Assembly (NCBI GenBank): GCA_038087875.1
Contig: CM075993.1
Location: 11,038,001-11,102,000, forward strand
DNA from: Malacoraja senta
Lineage: Eukaryota
Length of the DNA: 64,000 bases
Reading direction: 5' to 3'
Below the pieces are notes generated by a model, which was given only the letters and a program-made list of their open reading frames with translations, ran no database searches and was not told where the DNA came from. Made by a program: the position numbers and the translations under genes. Shown here in pieces: positions 21,583-33,120 of the stretch (the first letter of the stretch is position 1; every line of letters starts with the position of its first letter).

Positions 21583-22465
21583 CGATGCTATGAGAATGAA
21601 GGGTGACTTGGACAGGTTGGGGGAGTGGACAGATGCATGGCAGATGCAGTTTAATGTGGATAAATGTGAGATTATCCACTTTGGTAGCAAAAACAGGAAG
21701 ACAGATTATTATCTAAATGGTGTCAAGTTGGGAAAAGGGGAAGTACAACGGGATCTGGGGGTCCTTGTTCATCAGTCTATGAAAGTAAGCATGCAGGTAC
21801 AGCAGGCAGTGAAGAAAGCGAATGGCATGTTGGCCTTCATAACAAGAGGAGTTGAGTATATGAGCAAAGAGGTCCTTCTGCAGTTGTACAGGGCCCTAGT
21901 GAGACCACACCTGGAGTATTGTGTGCAGTTTTGGTCCCCTAATTTGAGGAAGGACATTATTGCTATTGAGGGAGTGCAGCGTAGGTTTACAAGGTTAATT
22001 CCCGGGTTGGCGGGACTGTCATATGCTGAGAGAATGGAGTGGCTGGGCTTTATACTCTGGAATTTAGAAGGATGAGAGGGTATCTCATTGAAACATATAA
22101 GATTATTAAGGGTTTGGAAACGCTAGAGGCAGGAAACATGTTCCCGATGTTGGTGGAGTCCAGAACCAGTGGTCACAGTTTAAGAATAAGGGGTAAGCCA
22201 TTTAGAACGGAAACGAGGAAACACTTTTTCGCACAGAGAGTTGTGAGTCTGTGGAATTCTCTGCCTCAGAGGGCGGTGGAGGCCGGTTCTCTGGATACTT
22301 TCAAGAGAGAGTTAGATAGGGCTCTTAAAGATAGCGGAGTCAGGGGATATGGGGAGAAGGCAGGAACGGGGTACTGATTGGGGATGATCAGCCATGATCA
22401 CATTGAATGGCGGTGCTGGCTCGAAGGGCCGAATGGCCTACTCCTGCACCTATTGTCTATTGTCA
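21583..22465 (+). mobile_element. CR1 LINE 3' portion
   Basis: ORFs 21533-22075 and 22039-22377; (CTATTGT)n tail. Confidence 0.92.
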
Positions 22466-22875
22466 TATGTTAACCCTACATAGATGCAAGCCAACTTCAG
22501 ATGTTGGCTTAAAAAAAAGACACAAAGTGCTGAATCTCCAAAGCTTTACAATGAGATAGATGTGAGGTCAGGCTCACTCTCTAGTTTGTGATAGGATGGT
22601 TCAGTTGCCTGATAACAGCTGAGCAATTGAACCATCTTATCACCAACCAGAGAGCGGTTCTGACCTACCATCTACCTCATTGGAGATTCTCGGACTATCT
22701 TTAATTGGACTTTACTGGACGTTATCTTGTACTGCACGTTATTCCCTTTATCCTGTATCTGTACGCTGTGGACGGCTTGATATGTTTAGTCTACCCGCTG
22801 ACTGGTTAGCATGCAACGAGAAAGCTTTTCACTGTACCTCGGTACACGTGACAATCAACTAAACTAATCTAACTC

Positions 22876-24767
22876 AAAAATGCTGGAGAAACTCAGCGGG
22901 TGCAGCAGCATCTATGGAGCGAAGGAAATAGGCAACGTTTTGGGCCGAAACCCTTCTTCAGACTGATGATGGGTGGGGAGAAGAAAGGAAAAAGGCGGAG
23001 GAGGAGCCCGAGGGCTGAGGGATGGGAGGAGACAGCCCGAGGGCTAAGGAAGGGGAGGAGACAGCAAGGGCTAGCAAAATTGGGAGAATTCAATGTTCAT
23101 GCCCCCAGGATGCAGACTACCCAAGCGGAATATGAGGTGCATTCTCTAGGCCCTCACCCCCTCATCTTCACCATGGACGTCCAGTTACTCTACACCTCCA
23201 TCCCCCATCAGGATGGTCTCACAGCCCTCCAGTTCTTCCTCGACCAGAGAAGCAACCTATACCCGGCCACTGACACCCTCCTCCGCCTAGCGGAGCTGGT
23301 CCTTACCCTCAATAACTTCTCGTTCGACTCCTCCGATTTCCTCCAAATACAAGGCGTAGCTATGGGCACACGCATGGGCCCCAGCTACGCCTGCCTCTTT
23401 GTCGGGTACGTCGAACAATCCTTGTTCAATACGTACCAGGGCCCCATCCCCGACCTCTACCTCCGCTACATCGATGACTGTTTTGGTGCCAACTCCTGCA
23501 CCCACACACAACTGACTGACTTCATCCGCGTCACCACCAACTTCCATCCGGCACTCAAATACACCTGGACCATTTCCAACACTTCCCTACCATTCCTTGA
23601 CCTCACTATCTCCATCGCAGGTGATAGACTTCTTACCGACATCCACTATAAACCTACTGACTCCCATGGCTATCTGGACTACACTTCTTCCCACCCTGCT
23701 TCCTGTAAGGACTTCATCCCCTACTCCCAATTCCTCCGTCTACGCCGCATCTGCTCCCAGGATGAGGCGTTCCACACCAGGGCATCCGAAATGTCCTCAT
23801 TCTTCAGGGAACGGGGGTTCCCCTCCTCCACCATAGATGAGGCTCGCACCAGGGTCTCTTCCATACCCCGCAACACTGCTCTCTCTCCCCATCCCCCCAC
23901 TCGCAACAAGGGCAGAGTCCCCCTAGTCCTCACCTTTCACCCCACCAGCCGTCACATACAACAAGTGATCCTCCGTCAGTTTCGCCACCTCCAATGTGAC
24001 CCCACCACTCGCCACATCTTCCGATCTCCCCCCATGTCTGCCTTCCGCAAAGACTGCTCCCTCCGTAACTCCCTTGTCAATTCTTCCCTTCCCTCCCGTA
24101 CCACCCCCTCCCCGGGCACTTTCCCTTGCAACCGCAAGAGATGCAACACTTGTCCCTTCACCTCCCCCCTCGACTCCATTCAAGGACCCAAGCAGTCGTT
24201 CCAGGTGCGACAGAGGTTCACCTGCATCTCCTCCAACCTCATCTATTGCATCCGCTGCTCTAGATGCCAGCTGATCTACATCGGTGAGACCAAGCGGAGG
24301 CTTGGCGATCGTTTCGCCGAACACCTCCGTTCGGTCCGCAATAACCAACCTGACCTCCCGGTGGCTCAGTACTTCAACTCCCCCTCCCATTCCGTATCTG
24401 ACCTCTCTGTCCTGGGTCTCCTCCATGGCCACATCGAGCAACACCGGAAATTGGAGGAAATGCACCTCATATTCCGCTTGGGCAGTCTACATCCTGGGGG
24501 CTTGAACATTGAATTCTCCCAATTTTGCTAGCCTTTGCTGTCTCCTCCCCTTCATCAGCCCTCGGGCTGTCTCCTCCCCTCCCCCAGCCCTCGGGCTTCT
24601 CCTCCGCCTTTTTCCTTTCTTCTCCCCACCCCCCCATCAGTCTGAAGAAGGATTTTGGCCCAAAACGTTGCCTATTTCCTTCGCTCCATAGATGCTGCTG
24701 CACCCGCTGAGTTTCTCCAGCATTTTTGTGTACCTTCGATTTTCCAGCATCTGCAGTTCCTTCTTAA
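22876..24767 (+). mobile_element. Penelope-like element, 5'-truncated, with inverted terminal repeat
   Basis: RT plus GIY-YIG coding region; 22876-23143 is an inverted copy of about 24459-24728; TSD AAACTAATCTAACTC at 22861-22875 and 24768-24782. Confidence 0.93.
23144..24531 (+). pseudogene. Penelope-like RT and GIY-YIG endonuclease, uninterrupted but N-terminally truncated
   Basis: TMDVQLLYTSIP, GVAMGTRMGPSYA, RYIDD, LPFLD, linker CNRKRCNTC, NLIYCIRCSRCQLIYIGET. The Cys linker suggests the Neptune group (inference). Confidence 0.9.
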
Positions 24768-25359
24768 AAACTAATCTAACTCGGTGGGTCAGGCAGGATC
24801 TCTGGAGAACATGGAAAGGAGTTGTCTATGCTATACAATACTACAAACCCGCACGTCTTTGGGATGTGGGAGGAAACCAGAGCACCCGGTGGAAACCCAC
24901 GAGATCACAGGGAGAACGTGCAAACTCCCCACAAACAGTACCTGAGGGCCCGGGTCTCTGCCGCTGTGAGGCTGCAGGTCCACCACTGTACCACTGTGCC
25001 ACCCATGACAGCATAAGAATGATTTGTTCACAATTTCCTTTTTCCCTGTTATAAGTTTGCGTGAAGATAGATACAAAATGCTGGAGTAACTCAGCGGGTC
25101 AGGCAGCATCTCTGGAGAAAAGGAATAGGTGACGTTTCGGGTCGAGACCCTCCTTCAGGCAACTTGTCTCAAGGCCCCACATATTTGCTAATCTTTTTCT
25201 TTGTGCGTTGTTTAAGGGGCAGTCATGTGAACACAAGGACAGGAAGGGAATAGAGGGACAGGCGAATTAGATTAGTTAGATTGGCATCATTGTTGGCATA
25301 GACATAACGGGCCGAAGGGCCTGTCACTGCACTCTACAGTTCTATTTTCTACACCTCTA

Positions 25360-26875
25360 CGTTTGCGGATGACGTACAGATGGGTGTCAGTGTGAGCTGT
25401 GAGGAGGATGCTATGGGTGACTTGGATAGGTTGGGTGAGTGGGCAGATTCATGACAGATGCAGTATAATGTGGATTAATGTGAGGTTATCCACTTTGGTG
25501 GTAAGAACAGGAAAGCAGATTATTATCTGAATGGTGTCAGATTAGGAGACAGGGAGGTGCAACGAGACCTGGGTGTGCTTGTACATCAGTCACTGAAAGT
25601 AAGCATGCAGGCACAGCAGGCAGTGAAGAAAGCTAATGGCATGTTGGCCTGCATTGTGAGAGGATTTGAGTTTAGAGCAAGGAGGTCCTGCTGCAGTTGT
25701 GCAGGGCCCTGGTGAGACTGCACCTGGTATAATGTGTGTAGTTTTGGTCTCCTAATTTGAGGAAGGAAGGGGGAAGCCATTTAGGACTGAAATGAGGAAA
25801 AACGTTTTCACCCAGATCTGTGAAATCTGTGGAATTCCTGTTTTCTCCCCATATCCCTTGATACTGTTAACCCTAAGAGCCATATCCAACTCTCTCTTGA
25901 ATACATCCAGTGAATTGGCCTCCACTACCTTCTGTGGCAGAGAATTTCAGAGATTCTCAACTCTATGGGTGAAAAAGGGTTTTCCTCATCTCAGTCCTAA
26001 ATGGCCTACCCCTTATTCTTAAACTGTGGCCCCTGGTTCTGGACTCCCCCAACATCGGGAATTTTTTTCCTGCATCTAGCCTGTCCAATCCATTAGGCAT
26101 TTTATATTTTTCTATAAGATCCCCTCTCATTCTTCTAAATTCCAGTGAATACAAGTTGGGAAAAGGGGAACTACAACGGGATCTGGGGGTCCTTGTTCTT
26201 CAGTCACTGAAAGTAAGCATGCAGGTACAGCAGGCATTGAAGAAAGTGAATGGCATGTTGGCCTTCATAACAAGAGGGGTTGAGTATTGGAGCAAAGAGG
26301 TCCTTCTGCAGTTGTACAGGGCCCTAGTGAGACCACACCTGGAGTATTGTATGTAGTTTTGGTTCCAAATTTGAGGAAGGACATTCTTGCTATTGAGGGA
26401 ATGCAGCGTAGGTTCACCAGGTTAATTCCCGGGATGGCGGGACTGTCATATGTTGAGAGAATGGAGCGGCTGGACTTGTATTCCCTGGAATTTAGAAGGA
26501 TGAGAGGTTATCTTATTGAAACATATAAAATTGTTAAGGGCTTGGACACGCTAGAGGCAGGAAACATGTTCCCAATGTTAGGGTTCAGAACCAGGGGCCA
26601 CAGTTTAAGAATAAGAGGTAGGCCATTTAGAACGGAGACGAGGAAACACTTTTTTCGCACAGAGAGTTATGAGACTGTGGAATTCCCTGTCGCAGAAGGC
26701 AGTGGAGGCCAGTTCTCTTGATGCTTTCAAGAGAGAGTTAGATAGAGCTCTTAAAGATAGCGGAGTCAGGGGATATGGGGAGAAGGCAGGGACTGATTGT
26801 GGATGATCAGTGCTGGCAGTGCTGGCTCGAAGGGTCGAATGGCCTACTCCTGCACCTATTGTCTATTGTCTATTG
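25360..26875. mobile_element. Mosaic of CR1 fragments in both orientations
   Basis: Plus FADD-region piece about 25360-25770, minus 3' piece about 25835-26155, plus piece about 26153-26875 with tail. Confidence 0.8.
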
Positions 26876-27005
26876 TATATTGTCTACAAGCCCAGTCGAT
26901 CTATTCCACTGTTCCAGATGTGGCCTAAGCAAAGTTATATGCAGATGTAACATGACTTCCCAAGTTTTATACTCAGTGCCTCTACCGATAAAGGCTAGTA
27001 TACAA

Positions 27006-27248
27006 GGCGGCATGGAGGCGCAGCGGTAGAGTTGCTGCCTCACCGCGCCAGAGACCTGAGTTCGATCCTGACTATGGGTGCTGTCTGTATGGCGTTTGTA
27101 CGTTCTCCCCGTGACCTGCGTGGGTTTTCTCCGGGTGCTCCGGTTTCCTCCCACACCCCAAAGACGTTCAGGTTAATTGTAAATTGTCCCTAGTGTGTGC
27201 AGGGTAGTGTTGGTTTGTGGGCCTGTTTTCGTGCGGTATCTCTAAACT
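27006..27248 (+). mobile_element. HE1-like V-SINE
   Basis: SINE head and core; its (TAAAC)n tail is interrupted by the RTE-derived element. Confidence 0.8.
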
Positions 27249-27666
27249 CTTCTTCTTGGCCCTCCTCGGTCGTGGCTGACCATGGGTGTCTCCAGGGTTG
27301 GAGGAGGCCTGTGCGTGACTTTGTTTAACGTGGGGAGACTGGTGCACAGACAGCCACCCCACGGTCCTTGACGGATCTGGGTCAGGATCCATTGGCATGG
27401 AGCCCAAGACGACCGGAGACCCATTTTTGCTGCAGCCTTCGTCGGCCTTCCCAGCCGTTGTGACGCTCCACTAAGGTCAGCCATCATCCTCCGCCTGTTC
27501 CACTGTTGAGGTCTTGGTTGGATTGCTCTATGTCAGAGACCTCCCCCTCGACCTTACCGCCATGGGTAGGCCCTACCAGGAGCATAGCTCCACATGGTAT
27601 CGCTCTCAGGATCTCAGGACCACACAAGCTTCTCCACCACGACAAGGTGACAATCCAAGGAGAAGA
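27249..27666 (-). mobile_element. Bipartite non-autonomous RTE-derived element
   Basis: 5' end ACCTTGTCGTGGTGGAGAAGCTTG..GGTAGGG..CCCATGGC resembles RTE (BovB/Expander-type) 5' UTRs; 3' end GGTCAGCCACGACC..(GAA)n; TSD TCTAAACT (27241-27248, 27667-27674); no RT. Confidence 0.75.
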
Positions 27667-28865
27667 TCTAAACTAAATTAAACGAAACTAAACTAAAGAT
27701 AGACACAAAAAGCTGGAGTAACTCAGCGGGACAGGCAGCATCTCTGGAGAGAAGGAATGGGTGACGTTTCTGGTCGAGACCCTTCTTCAGACTGAACTAA
27801 ACTAAACTGAACTAAACGAAACAATCAGTTGAAGAAGGGTCTCGACACAAACCGTCACCTTTTCCTTTTCTCCAGAGATGCTGCCTGACCCGCTGAGTTA
27901 CTCCAGCTTTTTGGGGGCTAAACCAGCATCTACACTTCCTTCCTACACAATATTTCCAAACCTATCTGCTTGAGTTGCTAGCTTCAGGGAGTGTTGCACT
28001 TGCATCTTAAGATCCCTCTGTACATCTATCAATGTTCCTCAGCGATCTACCATGTATTGTGTGTTTTCCTCTAACATTTGATCTGCTAAAGTGCAACACC
28101 TTCCCCTTGTATGGATTAAACTCCATCTTCCATTTCTCTGCCCATATCTGCAACTGGTCTCTATTCTGCTGTATCAATTGAAAACCTTCCTCACTATCCA
28201 CAAACATCGGGAACAGGCCCTTTGGCCCAACTTATCCATACTGACCAGGATGCCCGATCTACACTAATCCCACCTGCCCACGTTTGAAGCATATCTCTCT
28301 AAATCCTTCTTATCCATTTACCTGTCCAAGGTAGACACAAAATGCTGGAGTAACTCAGCGGGACAGGCAGCATCTCTGGAGAGAAGGTTAATTGGCTTGG
28401 TAAAATGTAAAAATTGTCCCTAGTGTGTGTAGGATAGTGTTAATATGTGGGGATCGTTGGTGGGCACAGACCCGGTGGGCCAAAGGGCCTGTTTCCTGTA
28501 AGTCTAAACTAAATAAAACTAAACAACGGTGGTCACTCTGCAAGTGTCTCATGCATAATTCATAAATGACCGCAGTTGTATATGGTCTTTGTCATTTGGA
28601 CCCCCACTGCTTACTACCTCTCAGCGAAGTCTCCTTGCTTGTCCTTTCTGTATAGTTGGTTCCCACGTGCCTCCTTACAGCTCATCAGTCCCCTCCCTCT
28701 CCACCTCCCTCTCCTACTCCAAGGAGATGTTCTTAACCTTGGAAACAGGGAGACACCACAACTTTCAGGGCTCACACTCAAAGCTCCAGGGAGTGGTATC
28801 GACCCCCCTAAATTTAGTCACGGGTGTTTAATTGCCATGTGTAGCAAAAATGAAATACTTACTTA

Positions 28866-29195
28866 AAGCCCTGTCCCACGGTACGAGTTCATTCAAGAGT
28901 TCTCCCCGAGTTTGCCCTGATTCGAACTCGGAGATTTACGGTAATGGCCGCTCGTCGGTACTCGGGGCTCTCGTGGACATTTTTCAACATGTTGAAAAAT
29001 CTTCACGAGTCTTCCCGTGTTTACCTGTCATTAGCGAGTCTTCCCGAGTACCTGCCGTTAGCGTTACGAGCCGCTAAGAGACGTCCCCGAGCTCCGACGT
29101 ACCCCTACGTTCATTCTACGTGCTTACCACGAGATTGATTTTTTAAAAAACTCTGGAGAGCTCTTGGAATGAACTCGTACCGTGGGACAGGGCCA
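28866..29195. mobile_element. MITE, PIF/Harbinger-like (family A)
   Basis: TIR CCCTGTCCCACGGTACGAGTTCATTC; TTA TSD at 28863-28865 and 29196-29198; second copy at 41885-42215. Confidence 0.88.
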
Positions 29196-29199
29196 TTAC

Positions 29200-29546
29200 A
29201 GCGGCACAGTGGCGCAGCAGTAGAGTTGCTGCCTCACAGCGCCAGAAATTCAGGTTCGATCCCGACTACGGGTGCTGTCTGTATGGAGTTTGTACGTTCT
29301 CCCTGTGACCTGCGTGGGTTTTCTCCGAGATCTTTGGTTTCCTCCCACATTTCAAAGACGTACAGGTTTGCAGATTAATTGGCTTGGTAAATGTAAATTG
29401 TCGCTAGAGTGTGTAGGATAGTGTTAGTGTGCGGGGATCGCTGGTCGGTGCGGACGTGGTGGGCCGAAAGACCTGTTTCCGCACTGTATCACTAAACTAA
29501 CCAAAACTAAACCAAACTAAACCAAACTAAACTAAACTAAACTAAA
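29200..29546 (+). mobile_element. HE1-like V-SINE, near full length
   Basis: A/B-box head, core, CR1-like tail and (AAACT)n. Confidence 0.85.
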
Positions 29547-29983
29547 CAGGCCTCTAAACCCATAGATAACATAATAAATAAAAAGAAGTTCAATAAATTT
29601 TAAAAATAGTGCAAAAAAAGCCTAATGTGCCTAATGCTACCAGGCCAGTTTGCAGTCCTTAGTTTAGTTGGTGTTTGTAGTGTTCATAAGCTGATGAGTG
29701 TTGGGAACGGGCTGTTCCTGAACCTAGAGGTCATGGTTTTCATTCTCCAATATCGAGGAGGAAGTGTTGTTGCCAATTCGTACCGACTGTGGTTTATTGA
29801 TGAGGAAGTCGAGGATCCAGTGGTGAAGTGATGCCCGGCCTGGGCTTCGCGGGTCGGAGCCTGGACCGACGGAGCCCGCGGCTGGGGCCCGGGTCAGCAC
29901 CAGGACCCGGCAGCGTTGTGGAGAGGTCGGTGCGGTGCCCAATGGTGGCGCCGACTGACGGACGAGACGGACACCTGGAGTTA

Positions 29984-30373
29984 AGCCCCCGTCCCACTTA
30001 GGAGACCTAAACAGCAACCTCTGGTGACCTTGCCTGCCACCCCAGAAAAAATCAAGGTCGAGGTGACCTGCAACCTCCTACCACCTCCCACGCATACGTT
30101 GAAAACCTTCCTCGACTATGAAGAAAACCGGCTTCGACTAGACCTACGACTAAAAAATGATCGATTTTTAAAACGGCAACCTATTTTTAGTCGAGGCCGG
30201 TTTTAACCATGATGAAAAAATAGCAGCAACCTAGATGAAGCCTCGACCACACGGAAACCACTTTCGACCATTAGGGAGAGTGACCAAAACCTCCGGTGAC
30301 CTCATGGAACCCTTGGGTGGCGGGCAAGGTCACCAGAGGTTGCTGTTTAGGTCTCCTAAGTGGGACAGGGGCT
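29984..30373. mobile_element. MITE, PIF/Harbinger-like (family B)
   Basis: Near-perfect TIR of about 60 bp, AGCCCC(C/T)GTCCCACTTAGGAGACCTAAACAGCAACCTCTGGTGACCTTGCC; flanks TTA and TTG. Confidence 0.85.
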
Positions 30374-31432
30374 TTGGGACGCCCCCGCTGACGGAAGGAA
30401 CAATGGAGGACCTGGCGTGGGGGGACCGGCGTGAGGGAGGGGGGAAGGGTAAACCAATGGACAATGGAGACATGGCGTGGGGGAGGAGGGAAGGGGGAAG
30501 AGCAAAGGGGGAACTTGCGCGGGGGGGGGGGTGGGGAGCGGAGGATTTGTAACTTTGTGAGCTATTGCATACATTGGGCAGACAAGCAAAGAATTTCACT
30601 GTGACGTAGCTCATGTGACAGTAATGTTTTTCCATTTCATTTCATTCATTTTCATTCATTTCAAAGGGACACGCAGAGACCCAGTTCCATGAGCTTGGGT
30701 ACAGGTTTCAAGGGGATGATGGTGTAGTCAATGAACAACAGCCTGACTTATGTGCTCTTAATGTTGAAGTGGTCCATTGGAGAATGGAGAGCCTATGGCC
30801 AAGCAGGAATACATATGCAGTGAAGACATAGCTTGTCTATTCAGGAAAGGTCTGACATTCAGAAGCAGCAGGTGGAGCTGCTGCCTCACAGCGTCAGGAA
30901 CCTGGGTTCGATCCTGTGCTGTCTGTGTGGAATTTGCATGTTCTTCCTGCGACCGCGTTGGCTTCCTCCAGGAGCTCTGGTTTCCTCCCACATCCCAAAA
31001 TCGTGCGGGAATGTAGGTTAATTGTCCACTGGAAAATTGCCCCAAGTGTGTAGGAATTGGATGGGAAAGTGGGATAACATTGAACTAATGTGAATGGGTG
31101 ATTGATGGTCCGTGTGAACTCAGTGGGCTGAAGGGCCTGTTTCCCTGCTGTATCTCTAAACTAAACTGAACTAAACTGAACTAAACTTAAAGCGATAAGT
31201 ATAATCATGGCATCCTAATAGTAAGATTAAACGAGAACTTACCAGTTTGAAGTTTGATCTTTATTTTATGAGGAGTTACGTTGAGCGATTACGTGAAGAG
31301 CCCGCCAGGGCGCATGCGCGACATATCTTCAAAGCAGTGGTGTGAAATCACAGATACGGTAGTCGAAATACCATAGTAAGATAAGAACAATAATACCAGC
31401 TGACCTTTATAATAGAGGGTGGGCGTGGAGGG

Positions 31433-31545
31433 CACGTAATCCATCAACGTAACTCCTCATAAAATAAAGATCAAACTTCAAACTGGTAAATTCTCGTTTA
31501 ATCTTACTATTTTACTTCGGAGTCACGTGAGTGACTACATGAAGA
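31433..31545. repeat. DIRS internal complementary region (ICR)
   Basis: 31433-31511 is the reverse complement of the 31217-31295 end and 31509-31545 of the 36546-36582 end, joined through ATT. Confidence 0.92.
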
Positions 31546-31718
31546 TTTTAAAGCTCTGTGATTTCATGCCACGGAACGAGTCCATGCTTCACACCCTGCT
31601 GTCGTAGACTTGAGGAGGAAGTATGTTAACAAATCCAGACATGAATCAATTGTTAAAAGAAACAATAAGTGATTTATTAACACAAATTATAATAATGACC
31701 CCTATCCTTCGGGGCGTA

Positions 31719-32701
31719 TTATAAAACAGAACTCAAAATAATATCTGCAAAAGTCACAGGCTTAGCAACTGGCTTATTATAAAATTCTTGGAAGGTCTTC
31801 TCCCTGGACCATCCTGCCGTACCCAAGATGTGATCCATTGGAACCTCCATGTGCCGTGCTGCCGATGTTGCTGCAGCCCTGGTGGAATGAGATTTGTAAA
31901 TATCAGTATCCACCCCTGCAGCCCCCAAAACCTGTCGAAGCCACCTAGATATTGTTTGGGTCGATACCCTGTTGTGAGGTCTTTTGTGGCTCACTAAAAG
32001 TGCCAATTCTTTGCCTCTTACTTTAGCTGATAGTTCTATGTAAAGTAACAGATGTGTCATAACGCATAAGCGAACATCTGTAGGGTATGCCCGAAACTCT
32101 AGTTTAAGGCCTGATGACCCTGGTCTGTTTTGTTTTACCAGTTCATGAATATAAAAAGTTATATCATTTGTCCCTTTGGCCATCGAGTCCAGTCGTAATT
32201 TGTGTAGCGATTGCACCCGCTGGGCCGAGACCAGTGCCATCAGAATTACCAATTTAAGGGTAAGTTTCTCCAGGGAAGGGACGTTGCTGGTGACCAACCC
32301 CGAAGCAATGTCAACACAATACTCACATCCCAAATGTTAGAGTATCTTGCCCTAGGGGGATTCGAGTTAAATATACCCCTCATTAGTTTGGAAACCAAGG
32401 GGTGAGACCCCAGTGAATGGTGGTCGAATCCCCGCCACAAATAGGTGGATAGGGCACTCCTGGCGCTGTTGATGGCACTGCAGCTAAGCCTTTCATCAAA
32501 ATGAAGGTTAGCGAGGAACTCCAGGACATTAGTTACAGTGGCTGAGTTATACTCAACATTAGTCCTGGAACAATAACGTTCCCATTTCCTGATGTAAGTT
32601 AGGTACTGTTTTCTGGTAGACTCTCTTTGTGCCGCCGCGATCATGTTGATGGTTCGGTCCGTCAGTCCAAGATCCAGAAGTGGCCTATTCAAATTCTGCA
32701 A
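31719..32701 (-). pseudogene. DIRS tyrosine recombinase, frameshifted near 32290
   Basis: N-terminal piece RESTRKQYLTYIRKW..SARSALS; catalytic piece AQRVQSL (R), SHSTRAA (HxxR), AGW, FQEFY (Y). Confidence 0.9.
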
Positions 32702-33120
32702 ATTAACAGATTAGTCCTGTCATGGCATGGATGACTTTCGCCAGTTACAGGATGGACCATCAAGTCTGGTCTTTCAGTGATGGCCATACATGGTTCTGAA
32801 ACCATGTCGAGAACCACAGGGAACCATGGCTGGGTAGGCCAGTCGGGTACTGCCAAAATATCTGACGCAGAGTCTTGTTGTATTTTGCGTAAGACCCGAC
32901 TGATGAGGCAGAAGGGGGGAAATGCATAGAAAAACAAATTCCCCCAGTGCAGCGAAAATGCGTCCATCGCTGCTGCCCCAGGGTCTGGTTCCCACGCAAC
33001 ATATGTCAGCAACTGGTGGTTAAGCCTAGATGCAAATAGATCGATATCTGGTGTTCCATATCTTGCTATGATGTCTGCAAACACTTTGGGGTCCAACATC
33101 TATTCAGTGTTGTCATTAAA
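32689..33120 (-). pseudogene. DIRS DNA N6-adenine methyltransferase-like domain
   Basis: DIDLFAS..DAFSLHW..YAFPPF..PDWPTQPWF, typical of the MT domain after RNase H in DIRS elements. Confidence 0.8.

Noticed and set aside
22900..23143. N-terminus of the 543-aa ORF as a real domain
   Set aside because: It is the antisense of the element's own 3' end and starts at GTG.
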